The notes under the pieces are model-generated. The model was not told the origin of the DNA. It saw only the letters and a list, made by a program, of their open reading frames with translations, and did not search any database. Below, one piece after another: positions 18,380-28,267 of a stretch of 64,000 nt of DNA (its first letter is position 1; each line of letters starts with the position of its first letter). The DNA lies in contig JAJCZZ010000050.1 of the NCBI GenBank assembly GCA_029262115.1, forward strand, positions 1 to 64,000, read 5' to 3'. Source of the DNA: Gemmatimonadota bacterium. GTDB taxonomy: Bacteria; Gemmatimonadota; Gemmatimonadetes; Longimicrobiales; Gaopeijiaceae. A program made the translations under genes and the position numbers.

Positions 18380-20143
18380 CTACCAGCCGCCCCCCCCACC
18401 CCCGCCAAAACCTCCCCCACTGAAGCCCCCACCCCCACCGCCGCTGAAGCCAGATCCGCCGCTGCTGCGCGGACCGGTTCCCATGGCGGTAGCAGCCCTC
18501 GACGACATCGAGCCGACCGAATCGACGAACAGGAGGGGTCGAAATCCACTCCCCCAACGCCCCCGGTACCAGTCCGGGGGCTCGGTGTAGATCCCCTCGA
18601 ACGCCTTCGCCCACTTCTTCTCGACCCCGAACGCCATTGCGTATGGGAGGAAGCGTTCGAACATCTCCGGTGAGTCGATCATCCGCTTGTATCGGTCGGA
18701 CTCCACCCGCGACAGGAACTCCTCGAATCCGAGCACGCGCTCCTGCGCGCGCGCTCCCTCGCGCGTCCGGGACGACATCAACAGGCCGTACACCCACACG
18801 GGAATCGGCGTCAGCGCTCCCGCAATGACGAGCGCAGGGATCGCGAGGGTCGAACTCGTACTCGCCAGGAACACCACCGCGCCGAGGCACGCGATCGTCA
18901 CGGCGATGGCAATGCCCACCCACACGCCCATCACCTTGTCGGGCCGCTGATCGTAGAAGCGCCGTGCGATCAAGCGATCGAAGACGTGGTCTTTGATGGC
19001 CGGGAGTTCGCGATAGAATTCGTGGGTCAGATCGGCCATCATGACCGGCGTCGGGGGCACGACGGCGGACCCGGCTCCGAAGACACCCTCGAGAATGGCC
19101 CGCTGGTGTTTCTCCAGCTCCGACCACGATTCTCTCGGCTTCACGGCCACAAGGCGGAAGTCGTCTTTCGCGAAAATGACCTTCCCCTCGACCTCTTCAA
19201 TGCGTACGTATCCGGCAACGGCCAGGTGCACCAGTTCGGCCGTCACGTCCCGCAGGTCGGGCCGGTTGTCCACGAGGGTGCCCGCCTCCGCAGGGGTCAA
19301 GCCGTCGGGAGGGGCGAACTGAGGGGCGATCGACAAGCGCTCGGGATCGCGACCGCGGTCGGCCCAGATCCGGTGCATCAGAACCAGGGTCAGAAACGGG
19401 AGGATCAGCGGCCAGTTGGCCAGGATGAAGAGCCAGGCCTTTTCGAGCGCGCCGGGACGATCGACGACACCGGGGTCCCAGCCGACCACCACCGTCAACC
19501 CCTCCCGGAAGTTGAGCGGGGCTGTCGTCTCGAAATAGAATCCATCCTCTATTTCTGTGACCGAGGCGGCGCCCTGCTTGGATCCGTACCCTCCGGTGAA
19601 CGAGGCCGTGCGGAGCCCCGTGACGGCGTCCGGAAGCACGACCATCGCGCTCGCTCGCGCAATGGGCATCTGCCACTCGTCGCCGGTCACGTTCCAGTAG
19701 AGCTCGTCGTGGTCCTCGAAGAACTTCAGCCCATTCGGCACGCTGTAGCGGATGACCACCTCACGGGTAGCGTCCTGAGCGCCGGGCACTCGGATCCGAA
19801 GCCGTCGATAGTCCCGCTCGCGGCTCGACTGGACCTCGAGCTCGGACCCCCTCGGGTCCGTGACCGTCACGTCCTTGAGAACAAGCTTGTACGAGAAGCC
19901 CTGCGGCGTCCTGTAGCTCACCGGGATGTCTCGGAAGATGCCGTTCCAGCTCCCATTGAAGCGGACCTGGATCTCCTCGGTCACGTCGATGGTCCCGTTC
20001 TCTCGGACCACAATCGTGGCGTCGAAGCTCTCGATCGACAGGGAACGCTCCTGGGCGACCAGCGGGAGTTCAACGGCTCCTGGTGCAACCGCCAGCGCCA
20101 CCACTGCGGCCACCGCACCGGAGCATGCCACGAAGCTGGTCAT
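18380..20143 (-). CDS. DUF2207-family membrane protein with Gly-rich C-terminal tail
   Basis: Signal peptide/TM, large extracytoplasmic domain, 4 TM segments, GGGGGFSGGGFGGGGGGGW tail. Start at internal MTSF; TGATG overlap with the upstream gene. Confidence 0.7.
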   Translation of the reverse strand: MTSFVACSGAVAAVVALAVAPGAVELPLVAQERSLSIESFDATIVVRENGTIDVTEEIQVRFNGSWNGIFRDIPVSYRTPQGFSYKLVLKDVTVTDPRGSELEVQSSRERDYRRLRIRVPGAQDATREVVIRYSVPNGLKFFEDHDELYWNVTGDEWQMPIARASAMVVLPDAVTGLRTASFTGGYGSKQGAASVTEIEDGFYFETTAPLNFREGLTVVVGWDPGVVDRPGALEKAWLFILANWPLILPFLTLVLMHRIWADRGRDPERLSIAPQFAPPDGLTPAEAGTLVDNRPDLRDVTAELVHLAVAGYVRIEEVEGKVIFAKDDFRLVAVKPRESWSELEKHQRAILEGVFGAGSAVVPPTPVMMADLTHEFYRELPAIKDHVFDRLIARRFYDQRPDKVMGVWVGIAIAVTIACLGAVVFLASTSSTLAIPALVIAGALTPIPVWVYGLLMSSRTREGARAQERVLGFEEFLSRVESDRYKRMIDSPEMFERFLPYAMAFGVEKKWAKAFEGIYTEPPDWYRGRWGSGFRPLLFVDSVGSMSSRAATAMGTGPRSSGGSGFSGGGGGGFSGGGFGGGGGGGW

Positions 20144-21285
20144 CAGCGTCCGTCCAGGGAGCGGTCGTAGATGCGCCAACGCCGCGTGACCTTCGCGCCG
20201 AGCGCTTCGATCGGGTCCCGCAGGGCGCGGTTGTCTTCGAGAATCCACGAAGCGTCGGTTCCAAGCCCGCCGTACGCCTGACCGCGCCGCTTGAGCTCGT
20301 CGATGAAGAGTGGAAAGATCCCGCGCGTCCGGTACTCCGCCTTGATGCCGGCCGCCATGATGCGCCCGGTCACGATCTTCTTCTTGCCGAGCAGGATCTT
20401 CAGGAATCCGGTCGGGAAGAGCCGACCGTTGGGGATCCGGGCCAGCACCTGGTTGAAGTCGGGGACGACGAGCATGAAGCCGACCGGCTCGCCGTCGACC
20501 TCCGCGAAGAAGATGAAGTCCTCCACCAGGAGCGGCTTCAGGTCTCCGGCGATGTGCGTGAACTCAGCCTTGGACACGGGAACGAAGCCCCAGTTGGGCT
20601 CCCAGGCGGATTGGTAGACCTCCCAGATCCGATCGACCTCCTGGGCGAACTTCGAGAGGTCGATCGACCGGAAGCTGATGCCGCCTCGTTCCCGGGCACG
20701 TTGGGCCGCCCTTCGGATCCCCTCGGGGATTTTCAGACGGTCGTCGTCGTTCGGGAGGAAGTAGGACACCAGGTCCTTCGCCCCCACCATGCCCGTCCCG
20801 TCCATGAGCTCGGGGTAGTACCGGGGATTCCACGTCGTGAGAAAGGAGGGCGGCCATCGGAAGCCCCGGATCAACATGCCGCAGTCGTGGTTGGTGGACG
20901 GGCTCATCGGTCCTCGCATCGTGTTCAGCCCGCGGGCCCGGAGCCATCCGCCGGCCAGCTCGAGGAGACCGTCGGCGACCTCCTGACGGTCCACGGATTC
21001 AAAAAACCCGAAGAACCCGACCTTGTCGTCGTGGAACTGGTTGTGCGCCTGATTCTCGATGGCCGCGATCCGGCCGACCGGCCGATCGTCGTCGACTGCC
21101 ATCCACAGCTTGATGGCGGCCCGCTCGTAGAAGGGGTTCCGGCGGGCGTCCAGCAGGTCGCGAACCTGACGCCGGAGCGGCGGCACCCACTGAGGATGCT
21201 CGGCCGGATCGTAGATATGCCACGGCACGTCGATGAATCGGGAGATGGCACGTCGCCCCTCCACCGGAAAGATTTGTAGCGTCAC
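20143..21285 (-). CDS. Two-domain acyl-CoA N-acyltransferase (GNAT-fold)-like protein
   Basis: About 381 aa from GTG (VTLQIFPVEG..). Family recognised only loosely. Lies between lemA and the DUF2207 gene. Confidence 0.5.
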   Translation of the reverse strand: MTLQIFPVEGRRAISRFIDVPWHIYDPAEHPQWVPPLRRQVRDLLDARRNPFYERAAIKLWMAVDDDRPVGRIAAIENQAHNQFHDDKVGFFGFFESVDRQEVADGLLELAGGWLRARGLNTMRGPMSPSTNHDCGMLIRGFRWPPSFLTTWNPRYYPELMDGTGMVGAKDLVSYFLPNDDDRLKIPEGIRRAAQRARERGGISFRSIDLSKFAQEVDRIWEVYQSAWEPNWGFVPVSKAEFTHIAGDLKPLLVEDFIFFAEVDGEPVGFMLVVPDFNQVLARIPNGRLFPTGFLKILLGKKKIVTGRIMAAGIKAEYRTRGIFPLFIDELKRRGQAYGGLGTDASWILEDNRALRDPIEALGAKVTRRWRIYDRSLDGR

Positions 21286-21298
21286 AGGGCGGTGCGTC

Positions 21299-21850
21299 TC
21301 AACCGCCGTCTCCGAAGCTGACCCTCGGTACCGCCTTCTCGGCCTCGTCCACCTCGAAGAACTCACGTTGCGAGAACCCGAACGACCGAGCAACCAGGAC
21401 GGTCGGGAAGGTTTGCGTTTTCGTGTTGAAGTCACGGACGACGGCGTTGTAGTAGCGCCGGGCTTGGGCGATGTGATCCTCGATCTCGGACAAGGAGCGC
21501 TGAAGATCCCGAAAGCCCTCCGCGGCTTTCAGGTCGGGGTAGGCCTCGGACAGCGCGAACAGCGATTTCAAAGCCCCGGCCAGCATACCCTCGGCCTGCG
21601 CTCGCTCCGCCGGGCCGGTCGCCGTCATGGCCCGATTCCGTGCCGTGATGACGTTCTCGAGAGTCTCGCTCTCGTGGCTGGCGTACCCTTTGACCGTCTC
21701 CACCAGATTGGGAACGAGATCGTGCCTCCGCTTGAGTTGGACGTCGATGTCCGCCCACGCGGCTTCTGCCCGCTCCCGTAGCTTCACCAAGGCGTTGTAT
21801 CCCGCTACGGCAACAACTCCGACGAGTGCGACAATGATCAGCGGCCACAT
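21299..21850 (-). CDS. lemA: LemA-family protein
   Basis: N-terminal TM segment plus the conserved LemA helical region (AAWADIDVQLKRRHDLVPNLVETVKGYA). Confidence 0.85.
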   Translation of the reverse strand: MWPLIIVALVGVVAVAGYNALVKLRERAEAAWADIDVQLKRRHDLVPNLVETVKGYASHESETLENVITARNRAMTATGPAERAQAEGMLAGALKSLFALSEAYPDLKAAEGFRDLQRSLSEIEDHIAQARRYYNAVVRDFNTKTQTFPTVLVARSFGFSQREFFEVDEAEKAVPRVSFGDGG

Positions 21851-22085
21851 CGGCGTCTCCTGGTGTCGTGGTTGGCCTCCCCGAGGGCGACGATTCTAAC
21901 CGACCGGGACGACCGAGAGCAAAGCCCGGGGCCCCGGCGCGGTGCCCTCGTCATCATCCAATACGGAGCGGAGGTCCACGCTCTTCTCCGGGGCTTTACC
22001 CTTCCCGGCGACGCGTCTACCTTCGTGAACCTTCAAGGTTTTCAGACTTTTCGGGGGCAGCGCCCCCTTCAAGGAGAGTGGTTTC

Positions 22086-23489
22086 GTGGCCGGTACCGAG
22101 CGCTTCGATCTGATCGTCGTCGGAAGTGGGCCCGGCGGCTATGTGGCCGCGATCCGCGCGGCCCAACTGGGCCTCAATGTCGCGTGCGTCGAAGCGGAAA
22201 AGCTCGGCGGCGTGTGCCTCAACATCGGCTGCATTCCCACCAAAGCCATGCTGACGAGCGCGGCCTTGGTGCGGGAGATGGCCGTTGCGGAGAAGCACGG
22301 GATCAACGCGAAGGAGGTCACGTTCAACCTCGGGCCGGCCCAGCAGCGCTCGCGGGGCGTCGCCGACCAGATGAACAAGGGCATCCAGCATCTGTTCAAG
22401 AAGAACAAGGTCACGCACGTCGAAGGCTTTGGTCGTTTGAAGGGAAAGGGCAAGGTGGAGGTCGAGGCGGACGGCAAGAAGACCGTCTACGAGGCCAAGA
22501 ACGTGATCATCGCCACCGGATCGCGTCCGAGGAATCTCCCCTCGCTGCAGATCGACGAGGAGCGCATCTGGTCGTCCACCGGCGCCCTGATGCAGGAGGA
22601 GGCTCCCGAGTCCCTGTTCATCGTCGGATCCGGGGCCATCGGAATGGAGTTCGCCGACGTGTATGACGCATACGGCACGAAGGTCACGATCGTCGAGGCG
22701 CTCGATCGAGTCCTCCCGCTCGAGGACGAGGAGATCTCCAAGTTCATGGAGCGGAACTTCAAGAAGCGGGGGATGGACGTCTTCACCTCCGCGCGCTTCG
22801 AAAAGGTCGAGATCAGCGAAGACAAGGCGACGGTCACCTTCAAGGACAAGGACGGGAACGCCCAGACGCTCGACGTGGACGCTGTTCTTTCCGCAGTCGG
22901 TCGCGTCCCGAATTCCGAGGACCTCGGCCTCGACAGCGCCGGCGTGAAAACGGACGATCACGGCTTCATCGTGGTCGACGATCATATGAAAACGAACGTC
23001 GATGGGGTGTATGCCATCGGAGACGTGGCAGGCCGCCAACTGCTCGCGCACAAGGCGTCCCATGAGGGGGTCGTTTGCGTGGAGCACATGACCGGGAACG
23101 GGCATGGGACCGTGGACTACTCCAACGTCCCGAACTGCACGTACTGCACGCCGGAGGTCGCCTCGGTCGGTCTCACCGAGGCGCAGGCCAAGGAAGCGGG
23201 ACACGACATCGAGGTGGGTAAGCTCCCCTGGGTGGCGGTCGGTCGCGCGGTCGCGTCCGGGCATGCGGACGGTTTCGTCAAGATCATCCGTGGCAAGAAG
23301 TACTCGGAGATCCTCGGGGCTCACATCGTCGGTCCCCACGCGACCGAACTGATCGCGGAGTTCGTCATCGGTCGGCATCTCGAGTCGACCGTCGAGGAGA
23401 TGGAGAAGGCCATCCACCCACACCCGACGCTGTCCGAGGGCGTATCCGAGGGCGCGTTGGCCGCGCTCGGCCGCCCGATCCACATCTGA
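22086..23489 (+). CDS. lpdA: Dihydrolipoyl dehydrogenase
   Basis: GSGPGGYVAAIRAAQLG..GGVCLNIGCIPTK redox-active disulfide; C-terminal HAHPTLSE. Confidence 0.92.
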   Translation: MAGTERFDLIVVGSGPGGYVAAIRAAQLGLNVACVEAEKLGGVCLNIGCIPTKAMLTSAALVREMAVAEKHGINAKEVTFNLGPAQQRSRGVADQMNKGIQHLFKKNKVTHVEGFGRLKGKGKVEVEADGKKTVYEAKNVIIATGSRPRNLPSLQIDEERIWSSTGALMQEEAPESLFIVGSGAIGMEFADVYDAYGTKVTIVEALDRVLPLEDEEISKFMERNFKKRGMDVFTSARFEKVEISEDKATVTFKDKDGNAQTLDVDAVLSAVGRVPNSEDLGLDSAGVKTDDHGFIVVDDHMKTNVDGVYAIGDVAGRQLLAHKASHEGVVCVEHMTGNGHGTVDYSNVPNCTYCTPEVASVGLTEAQAKEAGHDIEVGKLPWVAVGRAVASGHADGFVKIIRGKKYSEILGAHIVGPHATELIAEFVIGRHLESTVEEMEKAIHPHPTLSEGVSEGALAALGRPIHI

Positions 23490-23971
23490 TGGAGGTCGGG
23501 GACCCGGACGCACCCGCCTCGCGCGACTGGCCGGAGGAACGGGAGCGTGCGCTCCGTCTGTGGATCTCGCTGGCGCGCTGCTATTCGACATTCAGCCGAG
23601 CGGTGACGTGCAAGATCGGCGAGTACGGCCTCACCGCGCCTCAGTTCGGCGTGCTGGAAGCCCTCTATCACCTCGGGCCACTCTCCCTCGGTGATCTCGC
23701 GGACAAACTGCTCGTGACCGGAGGGAACGTGACCTACGTCATGGACCGCCTCGAAGACCAGGGGCTCGTCTACCGGCAGCGGTCTCCCGACGATCGGCGG
23801 GTCATACAAGCCCGACTCACCGAGAGGGGCAGGGGTGTAATCTCTGGGGTCTTCCCGGGGCATGGTGAGTACATCGAGGAGCTGTCGGGCCACCTCGACC
23901 CGGACGAGCAGGATACGCTTCGCCGACTGTTGAAGAAGCTGGGGATGGCGGTGAGGGAGGAGAATCTGTAA
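23489..23971 (+). CDS. MarR-family transcriptional regulator
   Basis: LTAPQFGVLEALYHLGPLSLGDLADKLLVTGGNVTYVMDRLE. ATGA overlap with the lpdA stop. Confidence 0.8.
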   Translation: MEVGDPDAPASRDWPEERERALRLWISLARCYSTFSRAVTCKIGEYGLTAPQFGVLEALYHLGPLSLGDLADKLLVTGGNVTYVMDRLEDQGLVYRQRSPDDRRVIQARLTERGRGVISGVFPGHGEYIEELSGHLDPDEQDTLRRLLKKLGMAVREENL

Positions 23972-23974
23972 CAG

Positions 23975-25178
23975 GTGAGTCGCTCTCGCTGGAGACTTTT
24001 TCTCGTTCTGGCCGTGTTGGTTCATGGCTGCGCCGAGCCCTCGCCCTCAGTCGAGCGACTCGTGGTCCGGGACAGCGCGGGCATCCGGATCGTGGAGAGT
24101 TCCGCTCCCCGGGACGCCGAGCCCTGGATCGTGCAGGCGGAGCCGACGGTCATGATCGCCGGAGACTTCGACGAGCCGGACCACTACCTGTTCAACGCCT
24201 TCCGCGGGCGGACGGCGAACTGGTCGTGGCCAACGCCGGTAGCAAGCAGCTGTTGTTCTTCGATCGGGACGGCCGCTTCCTGGAATCTGTCGGACGTCAG
24301 GGCGACGGGCCGGGCGAATTCCAGGCGATGTTCGGGTTCTTTCGATGCGGTGCCGACACCCTCGTGGTCGAAGAGGTGACCCGCATGAGCCTGGTGTCGG
24401 TGGGTGGGCGCCGAGTGGCCCGCTCGGTGCCGATCGTCGGCCATTTTTCGCAGGGCCGTCTGGGGCTGCAGGGGCTGGCGCCCGATTGCTCGCGCGCCCT
24501 GTTCGCCAAGACTCAATTCGTCTCCCCCGACCGCAACGCCGGCCTTCACACCGTGTCTGCGCACCTGTTCTGGGGGGACATGGAGACGGGAGCGCACGAC
24601 ACGATTGCGATGCTACCGGTCCTCGACGCCGTGCCCGGTGAACTCGTCGGGGGACGGCAGCCGATGATCGCCAGCATGGGCAGCCCGTTCGGCCGCAGGG
24701 CGATGTGGGCGCCGTACCAAGGAGGGGTCGTCGTCGGTCTCGCCCTCCGAAACGAGTACGAAGTGTTCGGCAACGACGGCGTGGAGGCGGTCGTCCGGTG
24801 GGACGCGGCACTCGAACCCTCGGTGACCCCGAGTGGGACGAGGCCCTCCGTGCCCAAGCCGAGTACTACCGAAGCGAGCCGGACGAACCGCGGATGATCC
24901 CGGTGGGCGGCTACTACCGCCCGGCTACCAAGCCGCCCTACTCGAAGATGGTCGTGGACGATCTCGATCGGGTGTGGCTGCAGAGGTACGGCGGCGACGA
25001 TGGGTTCGGCCCCACTCCGTCGACCGAGTGGTGGGTATTCGGATCCGATGGGGAGTGGCTGGCCGAAGCCGAGATGCCCGTTGGACTGGAAGTCGTGGAC
25101 ATCCAGGGCAACCGCGTGTTCGGACGGACGGTCGACGAGTTCGACGTGCCCAGCTTTTCCGTGCACACCATCAACTGA
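23975..25178 (+). pseudogene. Lipoprotein with NHL/beta-propeller-like repeats; needs two frameshifts (near 24205 and 24810)
   Basis: Three consecutive ORFs in frames 2, 1 and 3 read as one protein: LVHGCAEP.. / ..VANAGSKQLLFFDRDGRFLESVGRQGDGPGEF.. / ..EWDEALRAQAEYYRSEPDEPRMIPVGGYYRP.. Confidence 0.45.
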
Positions 25179-25225
25179 CGGCGCCCCGTTTCACCCGAGC
25201 GAACTTCACGCTCGAACCTCGCTGC

Positions 25226-26461
25226 CTACGCGGGCTGGCCCTCTCCCACGCCCAGATCCACCTCGATTCCGCGGATCTCCAGAACGCGCAGCAACGCCTC
25301 TCCGATCTTGTTGTTCGGCGTGGACGCCCCGGCCGTGAGCCCCAACTCGAAGGGCCCCTCCGGAATCCAGTCGGTTTCCAAGAGCTCCGCCGCGGTCGGG
25401 TCGATGACCGGCTTGTGCCGGATCGTGCCGGCGTCCAAATCGATGCACGACGCGTCTTCGACGTGGAAGGTGGTCGTGTGCTGCCGGCACAGGTGGGCGA
25501 GGTGGTTCGTGTTGGACGAATTGTACCCGCCGATGACGAGCATCACGTCGGGTGGCTCCTTCATCATGTCCGCCACCGCGTCCTGACGCTCCTGCGTGGC
25601 CGAGCAGATGGTGCCGAACGACCGGTAGTTCACCTGAGCGTCCTCCGCACCGTACCGCTCCGCCATCGCCTGGTGGACCTTCAGCCCGATGGCCATCGAC
25701 TCGTTCGCGAGCATGGTGGTCTGGTTCGCCACACCGACCTGGCGCAGGTCCCGGTCCGGATCGAAGCCGGTCGACGCCTTCTTCGCGAAGTGCGTGAGGA
25801 ACTCCGCGCGGCTCATGTGGCCGTCCCGCTGCGCGATGTAGTCGCACACGAGCCCCGCCTCAGCCATGTCGCGGACGATGATGTATTTTCCGTTCGGATG
25901 CTTGTTGACCTGAGACGCGGTCGCGCGCGACTCCTCGTGGGTGTACTTGCCGTGGATGATGGCTGTGAAGCCGTCCTTGGCGTACTTCTCGACCCGCTTC
26001 CACACGTGGAGCACCGATCCGCAGGTGGTGTCGACCAGGATGCAGCCGATGGCCTTGAGCGTGTCGAAGTCCTGCAGCGTCACGCCGAAGGCGGGCATCA
26101 GGACCACGTCGTCCGGAGAGACCACGGAGAAGTCGAAGGCCCCGTCCGGATCGGGATATATGAACTGGATGCCCATCTCCGTCATCCGTTGGTTCACGTG
26201 GGGATTGTGGATGATCTCCCCGACCAGGTAGATGGTCTTGTCCGGGAACTTGTGCACGGTTTCGTACGCGTAGTCGACGGCACGGTCGACGCCGTAGCAG
26301 AACCCGAACTCCTGCGCCAAACGAACCGTGACGTCCCCGAATGTGTCGCGGTACCCGCGGGACCGGATGCGCTCCACCAGGGCCGACTGGTACTCGGCGT
26401 CGATGAGGGGCCTCAACTCCTTCTTGAGACCGAACCCTTTTCGGAAGTAAGTCTGCTCCAT
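25226..26461 (-). CDS. ispH: 4-hydroxy-3-methylbut-2-enyl diphosphate reductase (long form)
   Basis: LytB motifs GFCYGVDRAV.., ..VDTTCGSV.., ..NSSNTNHL... Start at MEQTYF; the upstream 142 ORF codons are a GC-rich artefact. Confidence 0.9.
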   Translation of the reverse strand: MEQTYFRKGFGLKKELRPLIDAEYQSALVERIRSRGYRDTFGDVTVRLAQEFGFCYGVDRAVDYAYETVHKFPDKTIYLVGEIIHNPHVNQRMTEMGIQFIYPDPDGAFDFSVVSPDDVVLMPAFGVTLQDFDTLKAIGCILVDTTCGSVLHVWKRVEKYAKDGFTAIIHGKYTHEESRATASQVNKHPNGKYIIVRDMAEAGLVCDYIAQRDGHMSRAEFLTHFAKKASTGFDPDRDLRQVGVANQTTMLANESMAIGLKVHQAMAERYGAEDAQVNYRSFGTICSATQERQDAVADMMKEPPDVMLVIGGYNSSNTNHLAHLCRQHTTTFHVEDASCIDLDAGTIRHKPVIDPTAAELLETDWIPEGPFELGLTAGASTPNNKIGEALLRVLEIRGIEVDLGVGEGQPA

Positions 26462-26570
26462 GGTCCTCGGAATACCTGCGTGGATGAACGGGCCGACTGG
26501 TACCCGAGGCGCCATCGAGGGTTCAGGTGCCGGGCGGACCCCCCTCGCCCGCCAACGGGTAAAGCTCCTC

Positions 26571-27161
26571 ATGAACGTACTCGCCCGCCTGGCCCTCCTC
26601 TTCGTGATCGTTCCTGTCGTCGAGCTGATGCTGCTGATCCAGATGGGTCGGTGGGTCGGCCTCCTGCCGACGGTGCTCCTGGTGATCTTCACAGGCGTGA
26701 CCGGGGCGTGGCTCGCCCGGGCCGAAGGACTCCGGGTCCTCTTCCAGTTCCAGCAGGAGACGGCCGCTGGTCGGCTGCCGGCGCAGTCGCTCCAGGATGG
26801 TCTGGCGGTCCTCCTCGGTGGTGCGTTTCTCCTGACGCCGGGCATCCTGACCGATGTGGTCGGCTTCAGCCTTCTGTTTCCTCCCACCCGAAAGTGGCTT
26901 CAGCAAAGGATGCGGCGGTCACTCAAGGCCGGGATTGCGAGCGGGTCGGTCAACTGGGTCGTGATGAGTCCAGGGGGATGGCGGTCAGGCGGGTCGGGCT
27001 TCGGTGGCGAGGGCCTCCGCGAAGCGGGCCGCTCCGAGCCGGAGGCGGTCATCGACCCGGACAGGGCGGACGGCTCGGTCGAGGGAGATCCATCCGGTGG
27101 CGTCGAACTGGGGGGCCCGGGCACCGGCAACGACATGGACGGTGGGCGCTCCGGCCCGTAG
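26571..27161 (+). CDS. fxsA: FxsA-family cytoplasmic membrane protein with low-complexity C-terminal extension
   Basis: MNVLARLALLFVIVPVVELMLLIQMGRWVGL..; divergent from ispH. Confidence 0.7.
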   Translation: MNVLARLALLFVIVPVVELMLLIQMGRWVGLLPTVLLVIFTGVTGAWLARAEGLRVLFQFQQETAAGRLPAQSLQDGLAVLLGGAFLLTPGILTDVVGFSLLFPPTRKWLQQRMRRSLKAGIASGSVNWVVMSPGGWRSGGSGFGGEGLREAGRSEPEAVIDPDRADGSVEGDPSGGVELGGPGTGNDMDGGRSGP

Positions 27162-27171
27162 TGTACCCGGC

Positions 27172-28239
27172 ATGAGCCAAGACATCGCGTTTCTGGAGCA
27201 GTTGCTGGACGCCCCCGGGCCTTCCGGGTTCGAGGTCCGCCCCGCCCGCGTCTGGCGGAAGGAGGCCGAGACGTTCGCCTCGGATGTTCGTGTCGACGTT
27301 CATGGCAACTCGTACGCAACGGTGAATCCCGGTGGTGCACCCCGCGTGATGCTGGCGGGCCACATCGACGAGATCGGTCTCCAGGTCACGCACATCGACG
27401 ACGATGGTTTCCTTTACATCGATGAGATCGGGGGATGGGACCCTCAGGTGCTGGTCGGGCAGCGCGTCGACATCCTCGGAAGGGACGGGGACGTTCCCGG
27501 CGTCATCGGGAAGAAGGCCATCCACCTGATGTCTCCGGAGGACCGCACGAAGGCGTCCCGGACCAAAGACCTCTGGGTGGACGTCGGCGTGACGTCGAAC
27601 AAGGAGGCGGCAGAACTCGGCCTCCGCGTCGGCGACCCGATGGTTCTCCGTCAGAAGGCGCTCCGACTGGCCGGCGACCGGATCGCCAGCCGGGCCATCG
27701 ATGACCGAATCGGAGCGTACGTGGTGCTCGAAGCCGTCCGGCTCCTCGCGAACGACCCCTGTCAGGCCGCGGCCACGGCGGTCGCCACCTCCCAGGAGGA
27801 GATCGGCTACTCGGGCGGAGGCGCCCGTAGCAGCGCCTACTCCCTGGAGCCGGACGTGGCGCTGGTCGTCGACGTCACCTTCTCGACGGATGTCCCGGAC
27901 ATCGAAAAGAAGGAGCTGGGCGACCACAAGATCGGCGGCGGTCCGGTCCTGAGCCGGGGTTCCGCCGCGCACAACGGCGTGTTCGAGATGATGGCGGAGG
28001 TGGCCGAGGCCGAGGGCATTCCCTACTCGGTCCAAGCGTCGCCGAAGGCCACGCGCACCGACGCGGACGGGATCTTCCTGACGCGCGGAGGCGTCCCTAC
28101 CGGCCTGGTGAGCGTTCCCAACCGGTACATGCATTCACCCAACGAGGTCGTGAGCGTCCAGGATCTCCGGAACACGAGCTTGCTGCTTGCGGCGTTCATC
28201 CGTCGGCTGACGCCGGAGACGGACTTTACGCCGCGCTGA
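27172..28239 (+). CDS. M42-family aminopeptidase/endoglucanase-like peptidase
   Basis: MSQDIAFLEQLLDAPGPSGFE..MLAGHIDEIG.. (FrvX/YsdC-like). Confidence 0.85.
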   Translation: MSQDIAFLEQLLDAPGPSGFEVRPARVWRKEAETFASDVRVDVHGNSYATVNPGGAPRVMLAGHIDEIGLQVTHIDDDGFLYIDEIGGWDPQVLVGQRVDILGRDGDVPGVIGKKAIHLMSPEDRTKASRTKDLWVDVGVTSNKEAAELGLRVGDPMVLRQKALRLAGDRIASRAIDDRIGAYVVLEAVRLLANDPCQAAATAVATSQEEIGYSGGGARSSAYSLEPDVALVVDVTFSTDVPDIEKKELGDHKIGGGPVLSRGSAAHNGVFEMMAEVAEAEGIPYSVQASPKATRTDADGIFLTRGGVPTGLVSVPNRYMHSPNEVVSVQDLRNTSLLLAAFIRRLTPETDFTPR

Positions 28240-28267
28240 GCGGGCGGGCGGCGGAGCGCTTCGCGGG

